A DNA stretch of 64,000 bases from assembly GCA_023137125.1 (NCBI GenBank), contig JAGLPW010000098.1:13751-77750 (forward strand), given 5' to 3'. The DNA comes from Candidatus Cloacimonadota bacterium (GTDB taxonomy: Bacteria > Cloacimonadota > Cloacimonadia > Cloacimonadales > TCS61). The notes under the pieces were generated by a model that did no database searches, was not told where the DNA came from, and saw nothing but the letters and a program-made list of their open reading frames with translations. Shown here piece by piece: positions 56,319 through 64,000 of this stretch (positions are counted from its first letter, which is position 1; each line of letters begins with the position of its first letter). The translations under genes were made by a program, and so were the position numbers.

Positions 56319-58439
56319 TTATTCAGATATTTTCTTTTTTAATATTCTATAGATTTGAGATTTGTTCAATTTTCCAAGTTCACATGCTTTAGGAATATCT
56401 TGATCAGATACATTTAGTAATTTATTTACATATTTCAAATCCAAATCATCACCCATTTTGGTTTTGAATAATTTATAATCTGACCAATCTATTGGAAACT
56501 CATCAATAGAAGCTGTTTCTGTTTTATGAGCCGCAGCAACAAAAAGCTCAATATGAAGCGTATCTTGTCCGCAGAGCAAAACCGCTTTCTCAATTTCATT
56601 TTCCAATTCACGAATATTACCCTGCCATGGTAGTGAAAGCAGATAATTAAGTGCGTCAGCAGATACTGTTTTGATCTTCTTACTGAATTTTTTATTGTAT
56701 TTTCCGATGAAATGATTCACCAGAGGTGGAATATCAATTTTACGCTCTTTAAGAGCGGGAATTTCTATTTTTATTACATTCAATCTGTAAAACAGATCTT
56801 CCCTGAATTCTGAATTGTCTATCATTTCCTGCAGATCTCTGTGAGTGGCGGATATTATTCTGATCGAAACAGGAACAGGTTTTGTGCTTCCTACCGGTGT
56901 GACAGTTCGTTCCTGAATTACCCGCAGCATTTTGGATTGCAGCGAAAGCGGCATATCTCCAATCTCATCCAAAAAAAGAGTACCGTTGTTCGCCATCTCG
57001 ATCTTTCCCTTTTTATTTTTATCTGCTCCCGTAAAAGCTCCTTTTGCATAGCCAAAAAGTTCACTTTCTAAAAGATGCTCCGGAATTGCTGAGCAATTGA
57101 TTGCAACGAAAGGTGAATTCTTCTTATATTTTCTGTGTATTGCTTTGGCAACAAGTTCTTTCCCGCTTCCCGTTGGTCCTGTTATCATCACATTTACATT
57201 ATGCTCTGCAACCATATTTATCATAGAAAAAACATCATTCATTATTTTACTTCTACCAATAATTTCCGGGAAATCAAACTTTTTATCCGCATTGTCTTCA
57301 ATAAACAGGTTATCTATTTTTTGCATTTGAACATTTGCAATTTTTCGTGCTGTTTCAATGTTCAGAATACTTTCTTTAATTTCAAAATATTTTTTTTGAT
57401 ATTTATAAGCTTTTGCAAAATCATCTAATTTAAAATAGATTTCGTTTGCAACTTTAAAGGTATTCAATTTTATTGTTTTTACATTCAATTCTTCTACTAA
57501 TTCTATTGCTTGATCAATATAACTCAATGCTGTATCAAATTTACCTATATAAAAATAAACTTCTCCGAGATTGCAAAGAATTGGTGACCATGAATACTTA
57601 TCCGATTTATCAATGTACTGCTCTGCTTGCAAAAAATAGGTTAAAGCAGATTCGTATTTTTTTTGAATTATATATATTTCACCAATATTATTTAAAGAAT
57701 ATGCTATGAATTTCTTATGATTTTCTTTTTTGAAAATAGTTAACGCCTTCTGATAATATTGATAAGAAAGATCATAATCTTTTGTGGAAGTGTGTGTTAG
57801 ACCAATATTCAAAAAGACAGAGGCTAGCAATATTTGATCATCATATGTTTCACTAATTTCAAGAGCTTTTTGATGATATTTAATTGCTCTATCATATAAA
57901 CCTACACTATTAAAGTTGTTTCCAATATTGGTAAGTGCGGCAATAATATTACGAGTATTATCTTCCTTCTTAGATTCATTTAATAAATAGAAAAGCGTTT
58001 CCAGTGATTTCTCATAATTTCCTACTTCATCATAAGCTCTTCCGAGATTTAAAGCTGAATTTGTATGGAATTTTTTGTCATCCAAAGTAGAACTTGCATT
58101 GAAACTCAAAGTGAGATATTTTATTGCTTCATCAAAACTATTTGTCCTCATGAAAGTATCACCAACATAATAATAACACTTAATAATATTTGTTTTATCT
58201 CCCAGAAGCTCAAAAATTTTGAGAGCTTGCTTGAATAAGCTGTTAGCTTTTAAGAACTCAGAAAGCTGATGGTAACTTATTCCGAGATCATAATAAAGCT
58301 TTGCTCTTTCGGCATCATCTTCTATCAAACTTATTTGTCCTGAAACTTTTACGGCAAGTTTTAGAGATTCTTTGGGAGAATCTTTTAAATTTTTCTTAAT
58401 TTTCTCTATAGATTTATTAATATCATCTTTCCTTTTCAT
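56319..58439 (-). CDS. Sigma-54-dependent activator with a ~370-aa N-terminal TPR sensor domain
   Basis: 706 aa. TPR repeats throughout the N-terminal half. Walker A GPTGSGKE, YAKGAFTGA, REDLFYRLN, and a C-terminal HTH (IPKACELGKLNKSQIYRILKK). Confidence 0.85.
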   Translation of the reverse strand: MKRKDDINKSIEKIKKNLKDSPKESLKLAVKVSGQISLIEDDAERAKLYYDLGISYHQLSEFLKANSLFKQALKIFELLGDKTNIIKCYYYVGDTFMRTNSFDEAIKYLTLSFNASSTLDDKKFHTNSALNLGRAYDEVGNYEKSLETLFYLLNESKKEDNTRNIIAALTNIGNNFNSVGLYDRAIKYHQKALEISETYDDQILLASVFLNIGLTHTSTKDYDLSYQYYQKALTIFKKENHKKFIAYSLNNIGEIYIIQKKYESALTYFLQAEQYIDKSDKYSWSPILCNLGEVYFYIGKFDTALSYIDQAIELVEELNVKTIKLNTFKVANEIYFKLDDFAKAYKYQKKYFEIKESILNIETARKIANVQMQKIDNLFIEDNADKKFDFPEIIGRSKIMNDVFSMINMVAEHNVNVMITGPTGSGKELVAKAIHRKYKKNSPFVAINCSAIPEHLLESELFGYAKGAFTGADKNKKGKIEMANNGTLFLDEIGDMPLSLQSKMLRVIQERTVTPVGSTKPVPVSIRIISATHRDLQEMIDNSEFREDLFYRLNVIKIEIPALKERKIDIPPLVNHFIGKYNKKFSKKIKTVSADALNYLLSLPWQGNIRELENEIEKAVLLCGQDTLHIELFVAAAHKTETASIDEFPIDWSDYKLFKTKMGDDLDLKYVNKLLNVSDQDIPKACELGKLNKSQIYRILKKKISE

Positions 58440-58521
58440 TTCGACCTCACACTAAACTTACTTCAGTATCAAAATGAGTTATTTTTTTGTCTAATGATTT
58501 TTTATTTCTACATATTAAAGG

Positions 58522-58633
58522 GATTAGAGATTAGGGATTAACTTTATTTTGTAATATTTCTTATTTATAGAATATAGAAAAGAAAAGTGAAATCTATTGC
58601 AAGATTTCACTTTATATTATATCAACTTATTTC
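58522..58633 (-). repeat. Conserved 3' module (heptamers + terminator GTGAAATCT-ATTGCA-AGATTTCAC + last CTD codons), paralogous to about 47384-47497
   Basis: About 5 mismatches over ~112 nt by eye. Terminator hairpin at 58587-58610. Confidence 0.8.
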
Positions 58634-60606
58634 AGAAGAATCATTTTCTTTGTTTGTTCAAGGCTACCTGATTTTAATTTGTAGAAATATAAACCACTGG
58701 AAATAGGTTTTCCGTTTTTATCATCTCCATTCCAGACAACCTGATGTATTCCTATATCCAATTTTTCATTAACTAAAGTTTTAACTTTTTGTCCTCTTAA
58801 ATTATAGATTATCAATTCCGTGTTCTCTGCGCTTTCTGTGGCTAACGAAAAAGAAATGGTTGTTGTCGGATTAAAAGGATTGGGGTAATTGCTGATCAGG
58901 GCTGTGGTTGTAAAAATCTCGTTACCAGCGCTCACGATATTAGGTACAAAATCAATTGTAACCATAACAGATTCACCTTCATCATAAACTGCAACAACAC
59001 CGGCTTCGTAGGTAGTTCCATTTATTAGGTCTGTGAATTGCCATTCCGTATCTATAGTGTTACCTTCCTGCTCGCCATCGAGGTAAACATTATAACCTAT
59101 AGGATCTACTGAAGAAGGAGCATCCCAGGTAAATTGTCCGTTAGCTTCATCTACAGTTAGATTTGTAGGAGGAAATAAGGGAGAACTGATCACGGCACCT
59201 ACTGCATCATCGGCATTTACCATCCCATATCCAGTGTACCTATCCCAACCCGGAGTTGGTTCTTCATCGATAATATCCGTAGTAGTGGAAGTGAGATAGA
59301 ACCTAACTTCTGCCGGTGTGAGGGTAGGATTTTTAGATTTGATAAGTGCTGCAACACCAGCAGCATAGGGAGTAGCACAAGAAGTACCAGCAAAGAGCAT
59401 AAAATAATCTCCTTGAGTAAATCCGCTAACTCCGATAACATCAGTAGTTGGAAGAATTGTTGGAGCAACCAGATCAACAGCATCTCGAGCATCTTGGATA
59501 TCAACACCATAACTCGACCCCCACCACATTTGTCCATCACAAGAAGTAGGACTTTTTCTTTCTGCACAAGGAGAAGCTGCACCCACGGCAATAACATGTT
59601 CATCATTTGCAGGATGAGAAATATATGGTTCATTGAAGTTTTGAGTACACGCCAATAGTGTAACGCCATTATCATAGGCATAAGCAATTGCTGCATCGGC
59701 AGAAGGGTTGGAACCTTGCTGTCCTTCGAATCCAAAACTCATACTGGCGATATCGACCCCATAATCTCCGCAATGCGTTAATGCATTGTTAATAATTGTT
59801 TGAGTTACAGCACCATTATAGGGTGAAATTTTTAAAGGCATGATACTACAGCCTCCTGCTACACCAGAAATACCAATTCCGTTATCTACTGCTGCCGCTG
59901 CTATACCAGCACAACAAGTACCGTGCCCTGCATCCATAAAACTATCATCCATCGGGTCATCATCATTGTCTCCGTAATCATAACCGGGAACACAATTATC
60001 GATCAAATCTTCATGATTGTAATCTACACCTGAATCTATGATAGCTATGATAATGTCGGGATTACCATAGCCTTGATCGTCATCCCAGGCCTCTTCTATA
60101 TGAGAGTCAAATCCAATTACTTGTCCGCTTCCGGGTCCGTTTAGCTCTGTATTATCATGTCCCCAGCAGTCATCAAAGTACGGATCATCGGGTGTAACAG
60201 AAAGATAATATATATATTCCGGATTAGCAAACTCGACATATTCATTATTTTTATAATATTTTATTGCATCCTCAATATCTGTTTTTTCGGGAACAAAGAA
60301 TAGGTACCAGCGAGCAAAACCGGTTTGCTGCTCCCAGACTTTATCATTTACTGGTCTGTGGGCCAGGATTATCTTTGTAACGTCATACTCGACATTCAAG
60401 GCATCTAATGTTTCTAAACCTGTTTGATCGATTTGTTCGTTATTTTGAAGTAATGCATTAATCTTTTCGGAAGCTTCTTCATTCAATTTTACTTTGATCC
60501 GATCGGAAGCATAAAGCTTTCTACCGTGACTGTCCAATATGATTCCTGTTGCAAATATAGAATTTATCAATAAAAATAATATAAGAAAAAATATTAATCT
60601 TTTCAT
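58627..60606 (-). CDS. Secreted S8 subtilisin-family serine peptidase with an FN3-like domain and a T9SS CTD
   Basis: About 659 aa counted from the ATG at 60606 (AGAGGAG RBS). Catalytic triad contexts IAIIDSGVDYNH, HGTCCAGIAAA, GTSCATPYAAGVAAL. CTD NYPNPFNPTTTISFSL...KKMILLK. Confidence 0.85.
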   Translation of the reverse strand: MKRLIFFLILFLLINSIFATGIILDSHGRKLYASDRIKVKLNEEASEKINALLQNNEQIDQTGLETLDALNVEYDVTKIILAHRPVNDKVWEQQTGFARWYLFFVPEKTDIEDAIKYYKNNEYVEFANPEYIYYLSVTPDDPYFDDCWGHDNTELNGPGSGQVIGFDSHIEEAWDDDQGYGNPDIIIAIIDSGVDYNHEDLIDNCVPGYDYGDNDDDPMDDSFMDAGHGTCCAGIAAAAVDNGIGISGVAGGCSIMPLKISPYNGAVTQTIINNALTHCGDYGVDIASMSFGFEGQQGSNPSADAAIAYAYDNGVTLLACTQNFNEPYISHPANDEHVIAVGAASPCAERKSPTSCDGQMWWGSSYGVDIQDARDAVDLVAPTILPTTDVIGVSGFTQGDYFMLFAGTSCATPYAAGVAALIKSKNPTLTPAEVRFYLTSTTTDIIDEEPTPGWDRYTGYGMVNADDAVGAVISSPLFPPTNLTVDEANGQFTWDAPSSVDPIGYNVYLDGEQEGNTIDTEWQFTDLINGTTYEAGVVAVYDEGESVMVTIDFVPNIVSAGNEIFTTTALISNYPNPFNPTTTISFSLATESAENTELIIYNLRGQKVKTLVNEKLDIGIHQVVWNGDDKNGKPISSGLYFYKLKSGSLEQTKKMILLK

Positions 60607-60718
60607 TTGCTCCTCTTTCTTTGTTTTGGAGTAAAACAACCGTGTTGTTTTTACATCAACACGGTTGATACGCTCCATATACTATTTCATCAGGATCTGT
60701 CTTGTGAAATCTCTTTTC

Positions 60719-62683
60719 TTATTTCATCAAGATCATTTTTTTGGTTGAAGTATAACTGCCGTTCTTTAATTTATACAGATACATTCCTGATGAAACAGGT
60801 TGATTATTATCATCCATCCCGTTCCAAACAACATTATGATTTCCTTGAGCAAGTGTACTATGAATTAATGTTTTAATTTTTTGTCCTTTCATGTTGAATA
60901 TTTCAAGATCCACAAACGAGGACGTTTGTGGTACAGAGAAAGATATTAATGTTGTTGGATTGAAAGGATTCGGATAATTCTGTTTCAATGAGAATACTGC
61001 ATTCACGACATTATCATCCGTTCCTACTTCCGATACAAGCGTTATGTTCAATGCATATGGCCCTGTTCCTTCCGGTACTTGTACTTCTTCGATAGTTTGA
61101 GAAATGTATCCATCCAGTGAAAAAGTGACATCATAATATCCAGGTATTATTGCCATTGAATAATCTCCGAGTGTATTCGGATTACCAGTAAATAGATTGC
61201 CGGCACTATCTTCAGCCTCAATTAGAACATCTACAACATTGCCGTAACCACCACTTAAAGTAACAGTACCGTAAAGATCTCCTGTTACATATCCTAGAGT
61301 GAAGTCGATATTACTGGTTGTTTCACCTTCTATTACGACTACATTATAGTTAGTTTGAGAAACATATCCAGCCATAGAAGTGGTTATATTATAAGTTCCC
61401 GGCAAAACTTCCAGTGTGTAATTTCCTGATTCATCAGGATTGGTTAATCCACCACCACCGGTAATTACAACATCTTCCACGTTACCGGCACCATTCAAAG
61501 TAACATTACCTTCAATAAATCCGGGATCTCCGGGTTCACCGTCTTCGATTTCTGCCATATACATATTTAAGTTTCCATCTATACTAATTGTTCCTGTTAA
61601 AAGGTAGTTCCCGGAAAACGTAGGAATAATCTCATTTGCAGTGAGATGCGGACTGTGATCGTACACCCTGTCCCAGACTAATGTTCCTTCAGAATCGGTT
61701 TTGATGATGTATATATCCAGATCAGTATAGCTTGTTCCTGTTATACCTGCTGCTAAAATCCCATCATCAGGTGTAGAGAGTATTGAATTTACAAACTCAA
61801 ATTGAGGAAAACCGAAATAACTTTCCCATAGGAAATTCCCATCAGCATCAGTTCTAACAATATAAGAATCCGCACCGCCAGCTCCGTAAGTATATGTAGC
61901 TCCACCGGCAATCAAATCTCCATTGGCGGCTTCGTTAACTGTTTCAAAAATTTCATCATCCATACCGCCGTAAGCTTGCTCCCAAAGAAATGAACCATCT
62001 GCATCGATCTTAACAAGATATCCGTCAGAGCCGCCGGCACCAAATGATTGAGTCATGCCTGCAATTACATAACTCCCATCCTGCGTTTGAATGATTTCCT
62101 TGCCGTATTCAGCCATCATACCGCCGTAATTTTGTGACCACTCTTCAATTCCTTCGGAGTCGATCTTTAGTAGCCGGATATCAAATCTTTGCATAGGATC
62201 TTCGTTTGAAGGCCCAGCAACGAGATAACCGCCGTCATCAGTAGCTAATATCGAATAACCTACCTGGTCATAAATTACTTCATATCTATAGTCCCATTCA
62301 ATGTTACCTCCCGAGTCCCATTTTATTACTAAGAAATCCTGTCCACCCTCCAGAGTTTGTTTATGTCCGGCTGTAACAAAACCTCCGTCATCTGCTTGAA
62401 CTACAGAATACGCTGTCTCAATATCATAATTATCACCATAAATTTGCGACCAGATAAATTGACCGGTCGAAGTTGTTTTCACCAACGTTGCATTTGGATC
62501 GATAGCAATAAACATTAAGCCTGAAACAACAAAATCCCCTTCGTCGGTTTGCAGTACCGAATACCCATATTCTGCACCTCCTAAATCATGATTTGCATCC
62601 CAGATAATATCTCCGGGATTAGCAAAAACCGCTGTTGTGAGCAGTAAACCTAAAATTACCGCTATGAATAATTTCTTTTTCAT
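60719..62683 (-). CDS. Secreted 7-repeat beta-propeller-like protein with two CarboxypepD_reg-like domains and a T9SS CTD
   Basis: About 654 aa counted from the ATG at 62683 (AGGAGA RBS). Seven W..YGG...DGGY..AG...G..D..LVK.D..G repeats. Two GxVTLxGGxGNVxDVxI...GxYxxxxxPGxYxV domains. CTD ...KKMILMK. Confidence 0.75.
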   Translation of the reverse strand: MKKKLFIAVILGLLLTTAVFANPGDIIWDANHDLGGAEYGYSVLQTDEGDFVVSGLMFIAIDPNATLVKTTSTGQFIWSQIYGDNYDIETAYSVVQADDGGFVTAGHKQTLEGGQDFLVIKWDSGGNIEWDYRYEVIYDQVGYSILATDDGGYLVAGPSNEDPMQRFDIRLLKIDSEGIEEWSQNYGGMMAEYGKEIIQTQDGSYVIAGMTQSFGAGGSDGYLVKIDADGSFLWEQAYGGMDDEIFETVNEAANGDLIAGGATYTYGAGGADSYIVRTDADGNFLWESYFGFPQFEFVNSILSTPDDGILAAGITGTSYTDLDIYIIKTDSEGTLVWDRVYDHSPHLTANEIIPTFSGNYLLTGTISIDGNLNMYMAEIEDGEPGDPGFIEGNVTLNGAGNVEDVVITGGGGLTNPDESGNYTLEVLPGTYNITTSMAGYVSQTNYNVVVIEGETTSNIDFTLGYVTGDLYGTVTLSGGYGNVVDVLIEAEDSAGNLFTGNPNTLGDYSMAIIPGYYDVTFSLDGYISQTIEEVQVPEGTGPYALNITLVSEVGTDDNVVNAVFSLKQNYPNPFNPTTLISFSVPQTSSFVDLEIFNMKGQKIKTLIHSTLAQGNHNVVWNGMDDNNQPVSSGMYLYKLKNGSYTSTKKMILMK

Positions 62684-62820
62684 CTTTTCTCCTGTTTTCA
62701 TCTTTTCCTCCAATTTTTTTGCCACAGAGATACGAAGATTGTAGAGATTTTCTCTTTTAATTCCCTTAATCTATGAAATCTGTGAGCCGTTTTTTTAATT
62801 AACATATTCATACTCCTTAA

Positions 62821-63093
62821 TTATAAAAGAAGTGTTCTCTTCGGTGAAATGTAACTTCCGTTAGTTATTTGATAATAGTATATGCCGTTCAGAACTTTAT
62901 TTCCTGAATTATCTGTTCCGTCCCATTTCATATTATGCTCACCCGATTTTATCTTTTCGTTGAGAATTGTTTTGATCAGCTCATTATCAAAATTGTAGAT
63001 CTGAACCTTGGTTTTATATTTTTCCGTTTTTGAGAAAAATAAAATGTTTATCCAATTTTCAATCGGTTCCGGCATACTCCAATGTACTCTCAT
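62821..63093 (-). CDS. Orphan 90-aa protein consisting essentially of a degenerate T9SS/FlgD-Ig-like CTD, without a signal peptide
   Basis: Starts at the ATG at 63093 (GGTGGAG RBS). INILFFSKTEKYKTKVQIYNFDNELIKTILNEKIKSGEHNMKWDGTDNSGNKVLNGIYYYQI...KRTLLL aligns with the CTDs of its neighbours. Confidence 0.5.
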   Translation of the reverse strand: MRVHWSMPEPIENWINILFFSKTEKYKTKVQIYNFDNELIKTILNEKIKSGEHNMKWDGTDNSGNKVLNGIYYYQITNGSYISPKRTLLL

Positions 63094-63283
63094 TTTTTTT
63101 CTCCACCTTTTACACACTTCTATTTTTTTTGAGGTAGGATTTATTCCCCATAAGAACCACAAATCAATCGGTTCGTTTGGAGAACCAACCCTACCATTAA
63201 TAACGAACCAGTTCTCATTGTATTACACCCAGACAAGACGCCACTACATGCAAAAACTTATGCTCGTATGGTGATGATAATCA

Positions 63284-63299
63284 GCATTTGCTGTGCCAA
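63284..63299 (-). promoter_or_regulatory. Sigma-54 promoter TTGGCACAGCAAATGC (minus strand)
   Basis: TGGCAC-N5-ATGC with GG-N10-GC spacing. A leader of about 190 nt precedes the ATG at 63093. Confidence 0.75.
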
Positions 63300-63432
63300 A
63301 GATAATGAAGTGATGTTTTCTCATTTTACAATCGTCATGTAAGTCTGATAAAAATATGAAGTTAAGAAATGATATATTTTTTATTTATTGTGTTTTCAGT
63401 TAAAATAAAAATCTAATTCTGACCACGAAAAA

Positions 63433-63550
63433 GAAACATATTTGTTTCAGACTATAAATAATTTAATTTCTTTTCGGTGTTAATTTACTGTATTCAAATT
63501 AGTTATGCTTGGTAGTTTCTGTTTTGTTTCTTTAGAAACAAAAATGTTTC
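63433..63550. promoter_or_regulatory. Palindromes GAAACA-TATT-TGTTTC (63433-63448) and TGTTTC-TTTA-GAAACA-AAAA-TGTTTC (63525-63550); candidate bEBP enhancer sites
   Basis: Read directly. The GAAACA-N4-TGTTTC copies are 102 bp apart and sit 134 and 236 nt upstream of the promoter at 63284, directly downstream of the second TPR-type bEBP gene. Confidence 0.55.
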
Positions 63551-63604
63551 ATTTTGAACTACATACCTTTATATCTGCAAAATCTGCGTTATTAGTGCTT
63601 TGTT

Positions 63605-64000
63605 TTATGTCTTTTCTTTCTTCAGAAGTCTGTAGATCTGTGCTCGTTCCAAACCACCGTTCTTGCTCGCTTCTTGAACATTATTGCCGGTTGAGATAAG
63701 AAGTTCTTTCACATAAGCAGCATCGAGTTTATCGACAATCCCATTTTTATAGGATTTATATTCCAGCCATTTTATCGGAAGACCTTCAAAAATATTCTCA
63801 GATTCTTTGTGTGATACATCCGTAAAAAGCTCAATATGAAGCATATCTTGTCCGCAAAACAAAACCGCTTTTTCAATTTCGTTTTCCAATTCACGAACAT
63901 TTCCCTGCCACGAAAGTGAGAGCAAATAATTAAGAGCATCTATAGAAACACTTCTGATCTTCTTATTGAATTTTTTATTGTATTTTCTGATAAAATGATT
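63605..64000 (-). CDS. Sigma-54-dependent activator, C-terminal part only (gene continues beyond the window); paralog of 56319-58439
   Basis: NHFIRKYNKKFNKKIRSVSIDALNYLLSLSWQGNVRELENEIEKAVLFCGQD... is collinear with the C-terminus of the 706-aa bEBP. The HTH differs (VQEASKNGGLERAQIYRLLKK). Confidence 0.8.
   Translation of the reverse strand, partial: NHFIRKYNKKFNKKIRSVSIDALNYLLSLSWQGNVRELENEIEKAVLFCGQDMLHIELFTDVSHKESENIFEGLPIKWLEYKSYKNGIVDKLDAAYVKELLISTGNNVQEASKNGGLERAQIYRLLKKEKT

Overview
This is an AT-rich bacterial chromosomal window, densely coded and mostly on the minus strand. I found no rRNA, CRISPR array, transposase or integrase. Many proteins end in the same C-terminal sorting domain (NYPNPFNPTTTISF...KKMIL[ML]K, type IX secretion / FlgD-Ig-like). 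From memory this points to the Fibrobacteres-Chlorobi-Bacteroidetes group, perhaps Candidatus Cloacimonadota; I could not run a search to confirm.

Layout:
- 1-1.7 kb: a three-gene hipB-hipS-hipT toxin-antitoxin cassette with palindromic operator pairs on both sides.
- 1.8-6 kb: housekeeping genes (manA, a PAS histidine kinase).
- 6-23.7 kb: one long minus-strand envelope block. It holds coaX, a 2036-aa SprA-like protein, an Mla-like lipid ABC system with an unusual lipoprotein/beta-barrel protein, a Mut7-C RNase, a protein with nine FN3 repeats plus a beta-helix, and an OmpA protein with TSP3 repeats.
- 23.9-28.1 kb: an untracked 56-aa ferredoxin, tatD, an M20 amidohydrolase and tRNA-Arg(CCT).
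- 28.4-37.5 kb: a histidine kinase and NtrC-type regulator, followed by a textbook sigma-54 promoter driving an OMP/GNAT/radical-SAM/Omp85 operon.
- 37.7-64 kb: an island of eight T9SS-CTD proteins. These include beta-propellers, a beta-helix protein, a 1775-aa C25-like peptidase and an S8 subtilase. The island is interleaved with a PP2C phosphatase, a kinase-STAND-TPR protein and three more sigma-54 activators.

Main hunt results:
1. A thioredoxin-fold CTD protein has an in-frame UGA exactly at the first Cys of its CxxC motif, with a SECIS-like GC-rich hairpin downstream. It is probably a secreted selenoprotein.
2. Two parallel modules share the layout TPR-bEBP gene, two palindromic upstream sites, a TGGCACA-N4-ATGC promoter and a T9SS cargo operon. 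Each module has its own palindrome sequence.
3. A repeat-rich 512-bp intergenic region contains a hairpin supported by compensatory changes between its two copies.
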